Assembly (NCBI GenBank): GCA_002633005.1
Contig: NMRA01000357.1
Coordinates: 196,894-260,893 of the forward strand
DNA length: 64,000 bases
Reading direction: 5' to 3'
DNA from: Phoronis australis
Lineage: Eukaryota > Animalia > Phoronida
In this document: piece after piece, positions 50,301 through 59,147 of the stretch
How positions within the stretch are numbered: position 1 is the first letter of the stretch
How the letters are laid out: the number at the start of each line of letters is the position of its first letter
Translations under genes and position numbers: made by a program
Notes under the pieces: generated by a model
Seen by the model: the letters and a program-made list of their open reading frames with translations, nothing else
Told to the model about the DNA's origin: nothing
The model's database searches: none

Positions 50301-53177
50301 ATTTCGTCCAAATTGTTAAAAAATCGTGTAAAACGAAAAATATAGACGATGTTAATTGCATTTTGTTATTAGTATTTTCAATGGCTTACAGGAAAGTTCT
50401 TGCAAAATTGCGGACAAGTGCTATGCGTCGAATGAACGCGATCCCACGAACCAGTGCAACGTGTGTGACCCAGCTCAAACTCGAACTTCCTGGACGTTTT
50501 CCCCTCCCTCCGATCGTTCACGTCTATGCGTCATCAGTAACAAGTGTTATCTAACTGGTCAGACTCATCACTCCGACATCTGCAAAGTTTGTGACCCAAC
50601 CAGACTCTCAGACGACTGGTCGGTTCCCATTCAGTCTAGCTCCGCCTGCATTTTCGACGGGATGTGCTACAAACCGGACCAAGAGAACGCAGACGACACC
50701 TGCATGATTTGCGACCCCAAGCAAAGCACAACGTCGTGGTCAATGTCATCATGTAAGTGTTCTGACGACTTTTCTTATGGTGATCCCGTCTTCCATTTCA
50801 AGCCGTGTGCCTCCCTTGAAAGGAAAGAAATCAAGATTCTTTTCAGTACATACTCGATGCAGAAGTTTTCTTTAACTATTAGCTAAAGATACGCGTAGCC
50901 TACAGGCCAAAATTGCGTATTTCTGCTTATGACCATGTGGCAAATATATAAAAATATCAAATGTTGGTGACAGCCAGCTACATGTATATCGCGCAACCAT
51001 TCCCTGGTTTCATTGGCTGTTTTCATTCTGTATTACTGCCCCACAATCCATTAGTCCATTCAGATATCTCACATGCCAACATTTAGACGTTTGCGGCTGC
51101 TCTCGGACAAAAGCAGTTTAAACTCGCGTCTAGGGTATGCCTACATGGGCATGTACACCACGTATGCCTTTCTAACACACAGCTTCGCGCTGCCTTGAAG
51201 TCGCAACCGCAACGAACATTCCACCACTGCAGCCGGTCGAAATAAATCTGGACGCTGTCATCGCTGGTACTTCCTGTGGACTTATAGTTCTTATTGTTGC
51301 TGCTACCGTCGTCAGCGTCTGCGCGAAGAAGCACGGGAAGAAAAAGACTCATCCGAGGTAAGTACACGGCGTGATGTGACCGGACAAGCGAAAACTGTGG
51401 TGACTACGTAACTTGGATCGAATGCCAAATACCAACGACAGAGTAATAAAAAATTACTTTCGAAATAGCCTTTCGATATATTGAAATTCAAACCCGTATT
51501 GCTGCTCAAACGTTGATGCAATAGAGAAAGAGGCGTCTACAACTCCATATACTTTATTACGTTCATCGTTTATCGTTGATACATCGTATTGCATCGGTGT
51601 TTATATCGGTTATTTGAAACGTTTACAAAAAACAGTCTAAGTTACTAAGTCTAAACTATACCATTAGCATTATGCAACCACCACGATATCGTTACACCTT
51701 CTACGTAATGTTTAACTAATGTCTAACGCAAACCGCAAACTCAGGAAAAAACATGGCGGAATAATCCCCTAAAGTTCCAAGACAGAACAACTCGTAGCAC
51801 TCCGCAAAACTAGTTCACAAAATAGAAATATGCATACAACAAGAAATCCGTGATCATAATAATTGACTTAACCAAAAACACATGGTTGCAACGTAACGGC
51901 ATGTCTAGGTCTGCATAATAAAAGTCCAGTCTACAGCTGACAAAACGCAAACTACAAATGCAGAGCTATCCAAAAATTTGGTATCTAACGTTGAACTATA
52001 ACCAAATGTATACTTACAGGGTTTGCCTAAAAAATAGTCTGGTAATCAGCACACGATACATATGACAATCCAGGAGAGAATAAGGCAACTGGTGCTTGTT
52101 CGGACGTTTAAATACTCCACGAAAACCTAGAAAGCTGATTGTCCCAGACAGTATCTCAACTTACACAACCAATTGAAATAATAGCACCGAAAGGGGGGTT
52201 GCATAAATCATGACTTAACCCCGAGACAACGCCCTAAAATATAACTGAGGCACTAGGAGATTGAAAACACCACCTCTAGGAAAATTGGGAAACTACAGCG
52301 TACATACATATACTGACTGCATTAACAACCCGTCAGAAGACGATCAAGTGTTTGGTGGGCGTCACTGGTTCCCTACGTGCCTAGCCAGCACGCAGGTATC
52401 ACGCAGTGGCACGCGCTTTAGCATTGGTTGATGTAACCCCATCAGTAACTGGTAAGCTTTACGCACCATGAAAAAATAGCGGACTGCCTCGTCATGCAAG
52501 TGGCGTCGCAGCACTGACTATTTCGTTTCTGCAGTGATGTTTAAAGCATATACAGGTACAATAAACACATATCTGGCCGATTTAACCGGTATATTATTCA
52601 TACTGTATGAATACAGGACAGTATCGTAAATAAAATTCATTGACAGTAGAAAGATGCACTCCGAAAAAGCGCAACCAAAATTTCTACTAGGATTCACATT
52701 TCCTGAACATAAATTTTAAGCACCGATTTGTCTGTACAACAGAACACATTTACACTTGAGTCCATCAGTCATGCCAGATTGTTTGGGTAAAGCGCTGCCT
52801 GTTGAGAATTCGACTAGCCAATCAGGAACGCCGGTGTAAAAATATTTTCCGAGGTAAATTAAGTGATACCTGCGTGCTGGCTACACTGTGAACAAGTCAT
52901 CACCACAGTTGTATGAACACTGAGCTGTTTCGGTTCAGTGACTCTTGAGTGTTGAGTCACTTTATAAGCCTCGATTCTTTGAGGCAAAGCCCATCCTCGT
53001 TAGATTCAGTGGTGTATAGTGACATTTACATAATCACCAAATGGCTGTGGTGGGTAAAATTTCTAACAAGTATATTGAATTCCGAATAACATTATGAGAA
53101 TCTCACTTTTTCTTTGTAGCTCAATGTCTTCAAGGGAAAAGCGCACTCCCTCCCGTCAAGAAGAACATGTCTTGTGA
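8287..53177 (+). CDS. 28-exon gene for a VWDE-like type I membrane protein (signal peptide, CTLD, 4 EGF, D8C-like, VWD, EGF, 3 Cys repeats, TM), about 1472 aa
   Basis: Manual splicing of the exons listed below. All introns are GT..AG and phases are compatible throughout. Exon lengths sum to 4419 nt with no internal stop. Recognisable motifs: WIGVND, Dx[42 protein letters not shown] and a hydrophobic TM segment. Confidence 0.88.
9507..9670 (+). CDS. exon 2, C-type lectin-like domain N-terminal part
   Basis: caccag| ... |gtaggt; [34 protein letters not shown]. Confidence 0.9.
9970..10853 (+). mobile_element. 5'-truncated non-LTR retrotransposon tail (10113-10710) between 143-bp direct repeats
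   Basis: C-terminal [14 protein letters not shown] knuckle and FLYG..L...EN..LF motif (CR1/L2-group-like), stop at 10487, AATAAA 10683-10688 and A-rich tail. Repeats at 9970-10112 and 10711-10853. Confidence 0.82.
12596..12695 (+). CDS. exon 3, CTLD middle
   Basis: aacag| ... |gtaagt; [33 protein letters not shown]. Not in the ORF track. Confidence 0.9.
12839..13303 (-). pseudogene. IS3EU-like transposase N-terminal remnant, homologous to 5972-6169
   Basis: [66 protein letters not shown]. Related gatctcgagatcctgaga-type repeats occur at 12840-12890 and 14428-14515. Confidence 0.65.
14950..17299 (-). mobile_element. Academ-like (XPG-nuclease type) transposon remnant with tandem subterminal repeats
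   Basis: The minus strand shows [17 protein letters not shown] and [12 protein letters not shown]. About five degenerate copies of aaattcattgaccacagaaacatgggt lie at 16280-17090. The terminus reads ..ggcgtccggacta (CTA end). The family assignment is from memory of motifs. Confidence 0.55.
18380..18502 (+). CDS. exon 4, CTLD C-terminal part
   Basis: ttgcag| ... |gtattt; [41 protein letters not shown]. Confidence 0.9.
21952..22065 (+). CDS. exon 5, EGF repeat 1
   Basis: Phase 1-1 exon; [38 protein letters not shown]. Confidence 0.9.
23979..24095 (+). CDS. exon 6, calcium-binding EGF repeat 2
   Basis: Phase 1-1; [39 protein letters not shown]. Confidence 0.92.
24490..24606 (+). CDS. exon 7, calcium-binding EGF repeat 3
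   Basis: Phase 1-1; [39 protein letters not shown]. Confidence 0.92.
24744..24860 (+). CDS. exon 8, calcium-binding EGF repeat 4
   Basis: Phase 1-1; [39 protein letters not shown]. Confidence 0.92.
25713..25868 (+). CDS. exon 9, UMOD/GP2/OIT3-type D8C-like domain, part 1
   Basis: [20 protein letters not shown]...PYRS...LLCDIGLKQ; donor gtgagt. Confidence 0.85.
25905..25962. repeat. Alternating purine-pyrimidine microsatellite (CA/CG mix)
   Basis: acacacacatgcgcgcgcgcacgcacgcacgcatgtgcacgcac. Confidence 0.85.
26265..26384 (+). CDS. exon 10, D8C-like domain, part 2
   Basis: GWYMF...[20 protein letters not shown]; phase 1-1. Confidence 0.9.
26580..26725 (+). pseudogene. Small reverse-transcriptase fragment of an RLE-type (HERO/NeSL-like) non-LTR element
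   Basis: [29 protein letters not shown] resembles the QKGGxPGxSGCxEH RT motif. Confidence 0.6.
27700..28350 (+). pseudogene. Tc1/mariner transposase remnant
   Basis: [21 protein letters not shown] (from about 28094) and [14 protein letters not shown]; frameshifted. Confidence 0.75.
28400..31270 (+). mobile_element. Degenerate L1/Tx1-like LINE (RT and C-terminal region)
   Basis: [38 protein letters not shown] (29515-29526), SGLRVN.SKT and the C-terminal [12 protein letters not shown]. Many stops and frameshifts. Confidence 0.88.
30349..30749. mobile_element. 401-bp PIF/Harbinger-like MITE, copy A, nested in the LINE
   Basis: TIR GGCCCGGTCTC(T/C)AATCTTT, flanks CAG..CTG, highly similar to 36717-37117. 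Confidence 0.88.
32567..32731 (+). CDS. exon 11, D8C-like domain, part 3
   Basis: [55 protein letters not shown]; donor gtaagt. Confidence 0.92.
33466..33525. repeat. Perfect 29-bp inverted repeat with 2-nt spacer
   Basis: ttaacagtgtactgaacttttaaaccatt TT aatggtttaaaagttcagtacactgttaa. Confidence 0.95.
34199..34261 (+). CDS. exon 12, short Cys linker
   Basis: tttcag| [21 protein letters not shown] |gtaagt. Confidence 0.85.
36717..37117. mobile_element. 401-bp PIF/Harbinger-like MITE, copy B
   Basis: Same TIRs, length and orientation as copy A; flanks CTG..CAG. Confidence 0.88.
37753..37985 (+). CDS. exon 13, VWDE-type beta-rich region
   Basis: ttacag| [15 protein letters not shown]...YTCSV...DIMW...HFGKE |gtgcgc; open frame, phase 1 to 0. 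Confidence 0.8.
38361..38441 (+). CDS. exon 14
   Basis: ctacag| [27 protein letters not shown] |gtgagt. Confidence 0.82.
38628..38781. mobile_element. Short hAT-like MITE (154 bp)
   Basis: Ends cagtgacggat..gtccgccactg with G-rich and C-rich subterminal runs; no clear TSD. Confidence 0.5.
38871..39143 (+). CDS. exon 15
   Basis: cgacag| [13 protein letters not shown]...[20 protein letters not shown] |gtttgt. Confidence 0.85.
39349..39441 (+). CDS. exon 16
   Basis: ctacag| [31 protein letters not shown] |gtacgt. Confidence 0.85.
40050..40620 (+). pseudogene. Academ-like transposase N-terminal remnant
   Basis: [29 protein letters not shown] resembles the GDxxAxExKYHxxCLxxLYN motif; degraded. 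Confidence 0.45.
40831..40910 (+). CDS. exon 17, start of VWD domain
   Basis: tttcag| [26 protein letters not shown](R) |gtaggt. Confidence 0.92.
41223..41286 (+). CDS. exon 18, VWD
   Basis: ttgcag| [21 protein letters not shown] |gtaagc; supplies the required phase 2 to 0 bridge. Confidence 0.88.
41787..42014 (+). CDS. exon 19, VWD
   Basis: [34 protein letters not shown]...ENGGKRYK |gtatgc. Confidence 0.88.
42861..43096 (+). CDS. exon 20, end of VWD
   Basis: VQLHTGTSV...[28 protein letters not shown]...NEFTESW(R) |gtgaat. Confidence 0.92.
43680..46340 (+). mobile_element. Penelope-like retroelement remnant with an inverted 5' segment, split by a Kolobok insertion
   Basis: [41 protein letters not shown] (GIY-YIG-like) and GGL|[10 protein letters not shown] rejoined across the insertion. 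An inverted homologous C-terminal copy lies at 43690-43878. Confidence 0.82.
44688..46261. mobile_element. Internally deleted Kolobok DNA transposon
   Basis: TTAA TSD (44684-44687 and 46262-46265). TIR AGGC(G/A)AAGGCAACCTTTT. THAP remnant on the - strand (45770-46080) and KolX/P2X7-tail-like WCKC..C..MPT..E..SC on the + strand (45190-45378). Confidence 0.85.
46528..46861 (+). CDS. exon 21, post-VWD region with first RRRR site
   Basis: ttgcag| LKKEESIL...YCNC...[11 protein letters not shown]...WSFPTTTN |gtaagt. Confidence 0.88.
47006..47161 (+). CDS. exon 22, second RRRR site and C8-like helical region
   Basis: tttcag| [20 protein letters not shown]...IAACVLDLL |gtatgt. Confidence 0.88.
47878..48067 (+). 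CDS. exon 23, helical region and start of EGF-like module
   Basis: [19 protein letters not shown]...[14 protein letters not shown] |gtaggt. Confidence 0.9.
48230..49024. mobile_element. MULE-like MITE, copy 2, inverted relative to 991-1802
   Basis: GGATTGTTCTAA..TTAGAACAATCC ends. Internal gcaagtcagcgcttgttctgtgttcagatc is the reverse complement of 1101-1130. The TSD is degenerate (gcccctaag/gcctgtagg). Confidence 0.82.
49101..49282 (+). CDS. exon 24, end of EGF-like module and VWDE-type region
   Basis: [15 protein letters not shown]...CDLKSRPC...[14 protein letters not shown] |gtgata. Confidence 0.9.
49692..49943 (+). CDS. exon 25
   Basis: IGPSGL...[13 protein letters not shown]...VHVSNDG...[10 protein letters not shown]...CTEN |gtgagt. 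Confidence 0.9.
50392..50752 (+). CDS. exon 26, three tandem Cys-rich repeats of about 40 aa
   Basis: Three copies of C-x4-x-CY-x10-C-x2-CDP-x6-W; donor gtaagt. Confidence 0.9.
51183..51357 (+). CDS. exon 27, stalk and transmembrane helix
   Basis: cacag| [57 protein letters not shown] |gtaagt; hydrophobic span followed by a basic stop-transfer cluster. Confidence 0.88.
52382..52883. mobile_element. 502-bp MITE with perfect 21-bp TIRs (TAG..CTA ends)
   Basis: tagccagcacgcaggtatcac at 52382-52402 and its exact reverse complement at 52863-52883. Confidence 0.8.
53120..53177 (+). CDS. exon 28 (terminal), cytoplasmic tail
   Basis: Strong acceptor ctttttctttgtag|, phase 2 join giving [19 protein letters not shown]. 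An AATAAA lies at 53479-53484. Confidence 0.7.
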
Positions 53178-53942
53178 ACGTGTCGCAAAGGAGATTCGGA
53201 CGCGGAATAGATTGTGTCGATATACATGTACACATTCACAAACACTGATAGGACCTCTTAGGAGAGAACGCATGAGTTCAATAATAGTTTTCGTCGTTCA
53301 AAATATAATCTAGAAATAGCTTACTAATTTATAACGCGTAATCCACCCGAGCCATTCCATGTTCATCATGTATTGAGCGATGAATGGATCCAAAGGAAGG
53401 GTTTACAGGATCAGGTAGAGCGATATCGTCGTTTGATTATGAAAGAGCTTAAATGTGTACGGTGTGCCCAGCTAGAAGAATAAACGGCTTAGTAAATAAT
53501 AACCCTTCCATTCTCCTTGAAAATTAGCGCATCAAGCGCCATCAGAAACAATACATGTAAATGGAGGAGTAAAGGAACACTGAAATATTTATAATATCGC
53601 ACACTTGTACAAAAACTCAAACAAGGGTACTTGAACCCACAGAAGAAGTTCTGCATGTGGGATATAAAAACAACTTTTGAGTGCATAGTTCCGAGATGGA
53701 AACGATGGCGATTATTAACTGAAATCCAGGCTGAAAACTTTTCCAGCTAGAACTCAAGAACAGCGTTTCCACAAGTTGTTCTCTTCTTATGGACACCGCA
53801 CAGCTCGCATTGACACTTTTCCGTAGGAGTTCATTAAGGCTAGGACATCGTTAAAAATCAAGTCTTCAAGAAATTACATGAAATACTACCATTATTTTGC
53901 ATAGATTTCAGCTAGGTTTTAGCAAGGAGTGTAATAGCGTAG

Positions 53943-56900
53943 GAGAGTTTACTTGTGAGTTCGCTGTTACCGGTACTATTAGCGCCGCCAAGTGGTGAAC
54001 AAGCAACGGTCAACCAGGAAGCGCCAAAACACTGGGGAAGGACGCATTTTGCAGTGCGATAAATTGCATGAAATCCACAAAAACCCCAGACGTGTCATTT
54101 TAAGGTTTCCTAAGGATCCAGAAAGGTAAGGATTATCTGCTATTACTTTCATTTTGTGTTTTCTGTTCACGGTTGTTAGACAAGTCGATCGTAGTCCCGT
54201 TGCCTCTGTTGTCTGCATTGTAGCAGGCTAGGCCTACTGTACAACCGGGCTGCCGGCGGAAGGACTATGATTAAAGTACGATGTGATCGTCAGATTTTTG
54301 GATACTTGCAGTTTATGAATTCCATGAGGAGTGAAAATGTCACCCAAACGATCGTAAGGGTAATTTTAAGAAAACATACCCATGGTCATGGGTAATATGA
54401 CTGGTGACACGGCCATGGCACAACCACAGCCACAGGGCCTCAAGTCTGTCATGAGTCAAGTTAGAGAATCTGTTGGTCTCGGTGAAAAGATGAAAAAATC
54501 GATAAAATTTTAATGCGCCAGTTGGACCAATTAAGTTAAGCAGTGCGTCATTGAAAACTTAATTATATATGCCAATGATGCAAGGGCGCGGCCCTTAAAA
54601 TATCCGTGGACCGACATTTGAGTCCTATTTTTCAGTTGACACCAAGACGCTTTTGTCTCTATCACAATCACAGTACGACAGCAGTTCTGTAGTGTAGTGT
54701 AGCTAAGTGTACTAGGCTACCAATCTTCTGTGAACCTAGTGAGTATGAGGTTTGTTCCCGAGTCTCTCATTGATTTATGTTCAGGTGCAAGTGGTGTTAG
54801 TGGGAGCCGACCTTATGAATAAAGATGTAGCCTACTTGTCCAAGAGCTGCAAGTTTTGCTCTCATCACTTTGAGGAGTCCATGTCGATGAATGAAGAACA
54901 AGCTAGTATTGAATGGAGTGCCCGAGCAATATTTGATGTCCCGAATCCACCAAAAATGAAGATGTCAAAAAGTTCTCCGGAAATTATATTAATAGCTCTG
55001 GAATAGGCTTTCTTGCATTTCTGATTATCGTCTCACAAACCAAGTACTGACACATCACGTGTAGAGAGGACAATTAGTCAAAATCTGGTTTTCCTATTTT
55101 AATAAGGTTGATCAGATTGAAACATTTTATAAATGGTTAAGCCTGTGATTTGGAGAGAGCCAAAGTGAAACTGATGGATCTTTCAGATTCTGAGTGGTGG
55201 GCTGAAATTTTGTTAAACCCAAGCTATCCGTACCATTTTACTTCTCGATAACAAACACCTCTATGAGTAAATTAGTTTTCAGCTTCATTTATGACGCATT
55301 TCTTTGGCGAAAAGTGTTGTTCTTTTCTAGTGAATTAATAGAGAGTGACAAGGTTGCNCAGTGCGTCATTGAAAACTTAATTATATATGCCAATGATGCA
55401 AGGGCGCGTCCCTTAAAATATCCGTGGACCGACATTTGAGTCCTATTTTTTCAGTTGACACCAAGACGCTTTTGTCTCTATCACAATCATAGGATGACAG
55501 GATTTCTGTAGTGTAGTGTTAGTGTAGGCTACCAGTCTTCTGTGAACCTAGTGAGTATGAGGTTTGTTCCCGAGTCTCTCACTGATTTATGTTCAGGTGC
55601 AAGTGGTGTTAGTGGGAGCCGACCTTATGAATAGAGATGTAGCCTACTTGTCCAAGAACTGCAAGTTTTGCTCTCATCACTTCGAGGAGTCCATGTCGAT
55701 GAATGAAGAACAAGCTAGTATTGAATGGAGTGCCCGAGCAATATTTGATGTCCCGAATACACCAAAAATGAAGATGTCAAAAAGTTCTCCGGAAATTATA
55801 TTAATAGCTCTGGAATAGGCTTTCTTGCATTTCTGATTATCGTCTCACAAACCAAGTACTGACACATCACGTGTAGAGAGGACAATTAGTCAAAATCTGG
55901 TTTTCCTATTTTAATAAGGTTGATCAGATTGAAACATTTTATAAATGGTTAAGCCTGTGATTTGGAGAGAGCCAAAGTGAAACTGATGGATCTTTCAGAT
56001 TCTGAGTGGTGGGCTGAAATTTTGTTAAACCCAAGCTATCCGTACCATTTTACTTCTCGATAACAAACACCTCTATGAGTAAATTAGTTTTCAGCTTCAT
56101 TTATAACGCATTTCTTTGGCGAAAAGTGTTGTTCTTTTCTAGTGAATTAATAGAGAGTGACAAGGTTGCTCAGATTTTCTTGTTGTATTGGTGTATGTGT
56201 TGGCTTGTTTGAACGTTTTCGGAGATTGTGATTAATTTAAGCTCCAGTTGTGGCTAGGTAACAGATATGATCTTGTGGTCTGGCTTTAACTTACCTGAAA
56301 TATTCACTGTTATTGATAATAGGAACAGTTGGGTATATAAAATTAAATTTTGGTTTTATCATCCAAGTCACTCTTTTTAATTCAGTTTTGTATGAAGCTA
56401 TATGTGTGTAGGGAATATTTTGATTGCTGTTCAGTACCTTAATTCTTTGTCATGACATTTTGAAAATGGACTAATTGTGAGTGATATACTCAATGTTACT
56501 TCGTTTTGTAAGTTGTGAGCTATTATACAGATTAGCAACTGACTTGTAACTGTTGGTGATTATATTGGCAGAGTGGAATCGAGTTTACCCTATACTGTCA
56601 TGTCTAAGAAATAATGGAATGTTCTAAAATTACATTAGGATTTTGTGGTAGTGATGAATTGCTTTGGTTTCTTCTTCTCACTTCTGTAACACCCACTGCA
56701 CAAAAACAATTTTTCGCATTGCTAGTATCCTGGTGCATTGAATAGGAAATTGTTGGGTGGAGATGAAACCAGCAGTGAGCTGGGAGCAACATGTTTCTCA
56801 ATGGTCAGAGGAGCAACCAAAATGTGTGACGATGGGAGGGGCTCAACACCCTTGTGGCATAGCCCATTGGTCTTTACCCATTTAGCACTCCTCCCATGTA

Positions 56901-57388
56901 ACCCCGTTGGGAGGGGGTCAACACCCGTTTGGCGCTCACCTGGTTTTTGCCTGGTACTCCCTTAGCTGGCACATGGGGGTAATTCCCCTCTGAACCCCCA
57001 GGAGCAATCATTCAAATTATGTAGTCCATGGAGGTATGAACTGTTATAAGGAACGATAACTGCCTTGTTAAGAACTCAAACATGAAACAAAACCATGATG
57101 GATTTTGTAGGAGCTTCAAGAGAATAAAAACAAAAACACTTAAATATTGATTAAAATACACAATTTCGTTCTCATTCGATTATAAGTGGATGTTAGTTTA
57201 TGCATTCTAACCATTTTCAATCACACAGTAATTTTATTGCACGTTGAATGTCATTGAAGTATGAATTTATCAGTGTTTACATTGTTCGGACTGCGCTCCT
57301 AACTAAGTGTTGATTATTCACCGCTTGGGGCGCTAGTGTTTCGAGCGGTAACCATTGGGGGAATGACAAAATGGCGGAGTGAACTCTC
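53943..57388 (+). mobile_element. Non-autonomous DNA transposon carrying a decayed, spliced THAP domain
   Basis: FCSAINC..VSF/RFPKDPER|gtaagg (54048-54125) and second exon CK..DLMN..L...CKFCSHHFEESM..IFDVPNPP (54786-54960). Imperfect inverted ends share gttaccg..tagcgcc..caag(t/c)ggtgaa. Confidence 0.55.
54541..56169. repeat. Near-identical tandem duplication of about 0.81 kb joined at an N (probable assembly artefact)
   Basis: 54541-55357 versus 55359-56169, with N at 55358. Confidence 0.9.
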
Positions 57389-57496
57389 AAACTCTACTAC
57401 ACTCTTTGGCTCTAGCGTAAGTCCCAGGGTTTCTGAAATCTACCCAGGCAACAGGCGGATAACATGTCACTCCAGAGAGTTTTCGGTCACGTTTAA

Positions 57497-57595
57497 AGTT
57501 AGGTTTAGAATTTGGAGACGAACGGTTAGGGTTACAGTTAAGCTTAGCGTTAGCGGTAGGGACAGCTAGGATTAGAGTTGGGTTGAGGGTTAGGC
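57497..57595. repeat. Degenerate (GGTTAG)n-like low-complexity tract
   Basis: gttaggtttag..ggttagggttac..gcttagcgttagcggtaggg..gggttagg. Confidence 0.6.
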
Positions 57596-59061
57596 ATGAG
57601 GTGATACTGCCGAATCCCTACGTAAAGCAACGAGTCAGATTGGTTATTAGCACGCTTCTTAAGTAAGTCAACAGTTATTTGAATTGTTCCGGTGGGTTGG
57701 GAAGACGAACGTCCGGCAAGTGCCTCTGTTGCTTTCGTACGATAATTGTATCTGGCGGTCTATCCCAAATAACCGGTTCGCTGAGCTGCTGACAGCGCGG
57801 GACAGCGTTCATGAGACCCGGCTTCTTACGATAAAAACAAGAGCTCGCATTACCTCGCAAAATCGCGCGAGTGAAAGCCGAATGTTTCCCGAGATGCTAA
57901 GGGAGCTTACGTGCCTATCCTAGCAAATATATTTAGTCAAATATGTGCCACTTAGTAAAGTATATTCCTTTCCGAAAGAGAACGGTGTGTAGACGTCGTT
58001 AGTCTGCTATTAATTGGATAACAAGAATATGCCGGTTTAAAAAAATAATCACTGTCTCATGCAAAAGTGGAGGATTTTAAAAACATTCCAGACAGCATAT
58101 TGGAGAGCAGAGTATAAATATAGTATTTAAAAGTGTCATACGTATCAGACTAGCGATTTCTGAGATATGGTGTAAGTTCCGAAGATTGGGACATTTTCCT
58201 GGGACCTTACATACATGCAACCTAATTGATAAAGACTTTTTGAAGGTTTTACACATATTTCACGCAAGAGATTAGGTTTTCTTAAACACTAATTGAATGT
58301 TGAAATGGAGTGGTTCACTTCCTTGTGCCCAACATCGGCCGCCAAATAATCCAAAAGAAGCAGTAATCGCTTATAACAGCCGGTTTCGGACATTGAGAAC
58401 CAGTTTCATGCGGATGTGGAGAAAAACTGGTTCACAAAGTGTGACTACTAGGATCAAAATCGTAAGTGCACTTCAGAAACACATCGTAATCAGCTACATA
58501 CAGTTCCTTCGCATGCCCTGATACACCGTAAAATGTTAAAATTTCGTAAAATGCGACAACTTCTACAATTTACGTCGTTGTCACATTTTATGTTGCACAG
58601 CCTCTCCTAAAATGTATCAAGATGTTACAATTTACGTAATTCTTACATTTTACGTCGAATGCGCATGCAGGAAATGTATTCTTGTTACATTTTACTAAAC
58701 CAACGCCATATCACAGAGAAAATGACCAGAATCTCGAACAATTGGTGTCTGACACGGGCGAGGGTGCTGCAGTATTTTTGGACGAGTTGTGGTGTCCAAA
58801 AATTTGAATAGCTACCCATTTAGAGAGTGGTCTCGGCAAAAAACTTACCCAATTTAGATAGTAAGTTGGGTAAAAATTAACATTTTCGCACAGTTCGATT
58901 CAGGAAATTCAGAAAAGGAACCCTTTAAGATGGTATTTTGTCATAATGGTACCATTTTGGAGAGTATTTCTTGCTGCGAAACCACCCTTTTGGGCCGCAC
59001 TTTTCGTATACCTTATTTATAGGAATACTGTCCTGGCTGACACTGTATGAATTTAGCTAAT

Positions 59062-59147
59062 CATTATCAGCATTATTATACTTTACTATTACTATTGTTC
59101 TTATTATTATCATCGCCGTCGTCGTCGTCATCATCATCATCATTATT
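59062..59147. repeat. Compound trinucleotide microsatellite (TTA/TCG/TCA)
   Basis: ttattattatcatcgccgtcgtcgtcgtcatcatcatcatcatta. Confidence 0.85.

Noticed and set aside
51087-51121. Alternative acceptor atttag at 51086 for the TM exon
   Set aside because: The phase-1 join reaches TAA after about 11 codons, while the 51183 acceptor gives the TM frame. A soluble isoform cannot be excluded but has no support.
53160-53177. C-terminal EEHVL as a PDZ-binding motif
   Set aside because: Position -2 is His, which fits none of the classic PDZ classes.
57497-57595. Interstitial telomere
   Set aside because: Too short and degenerate; such ggttag runs are common inside invertebrate non-autonomous repeats.
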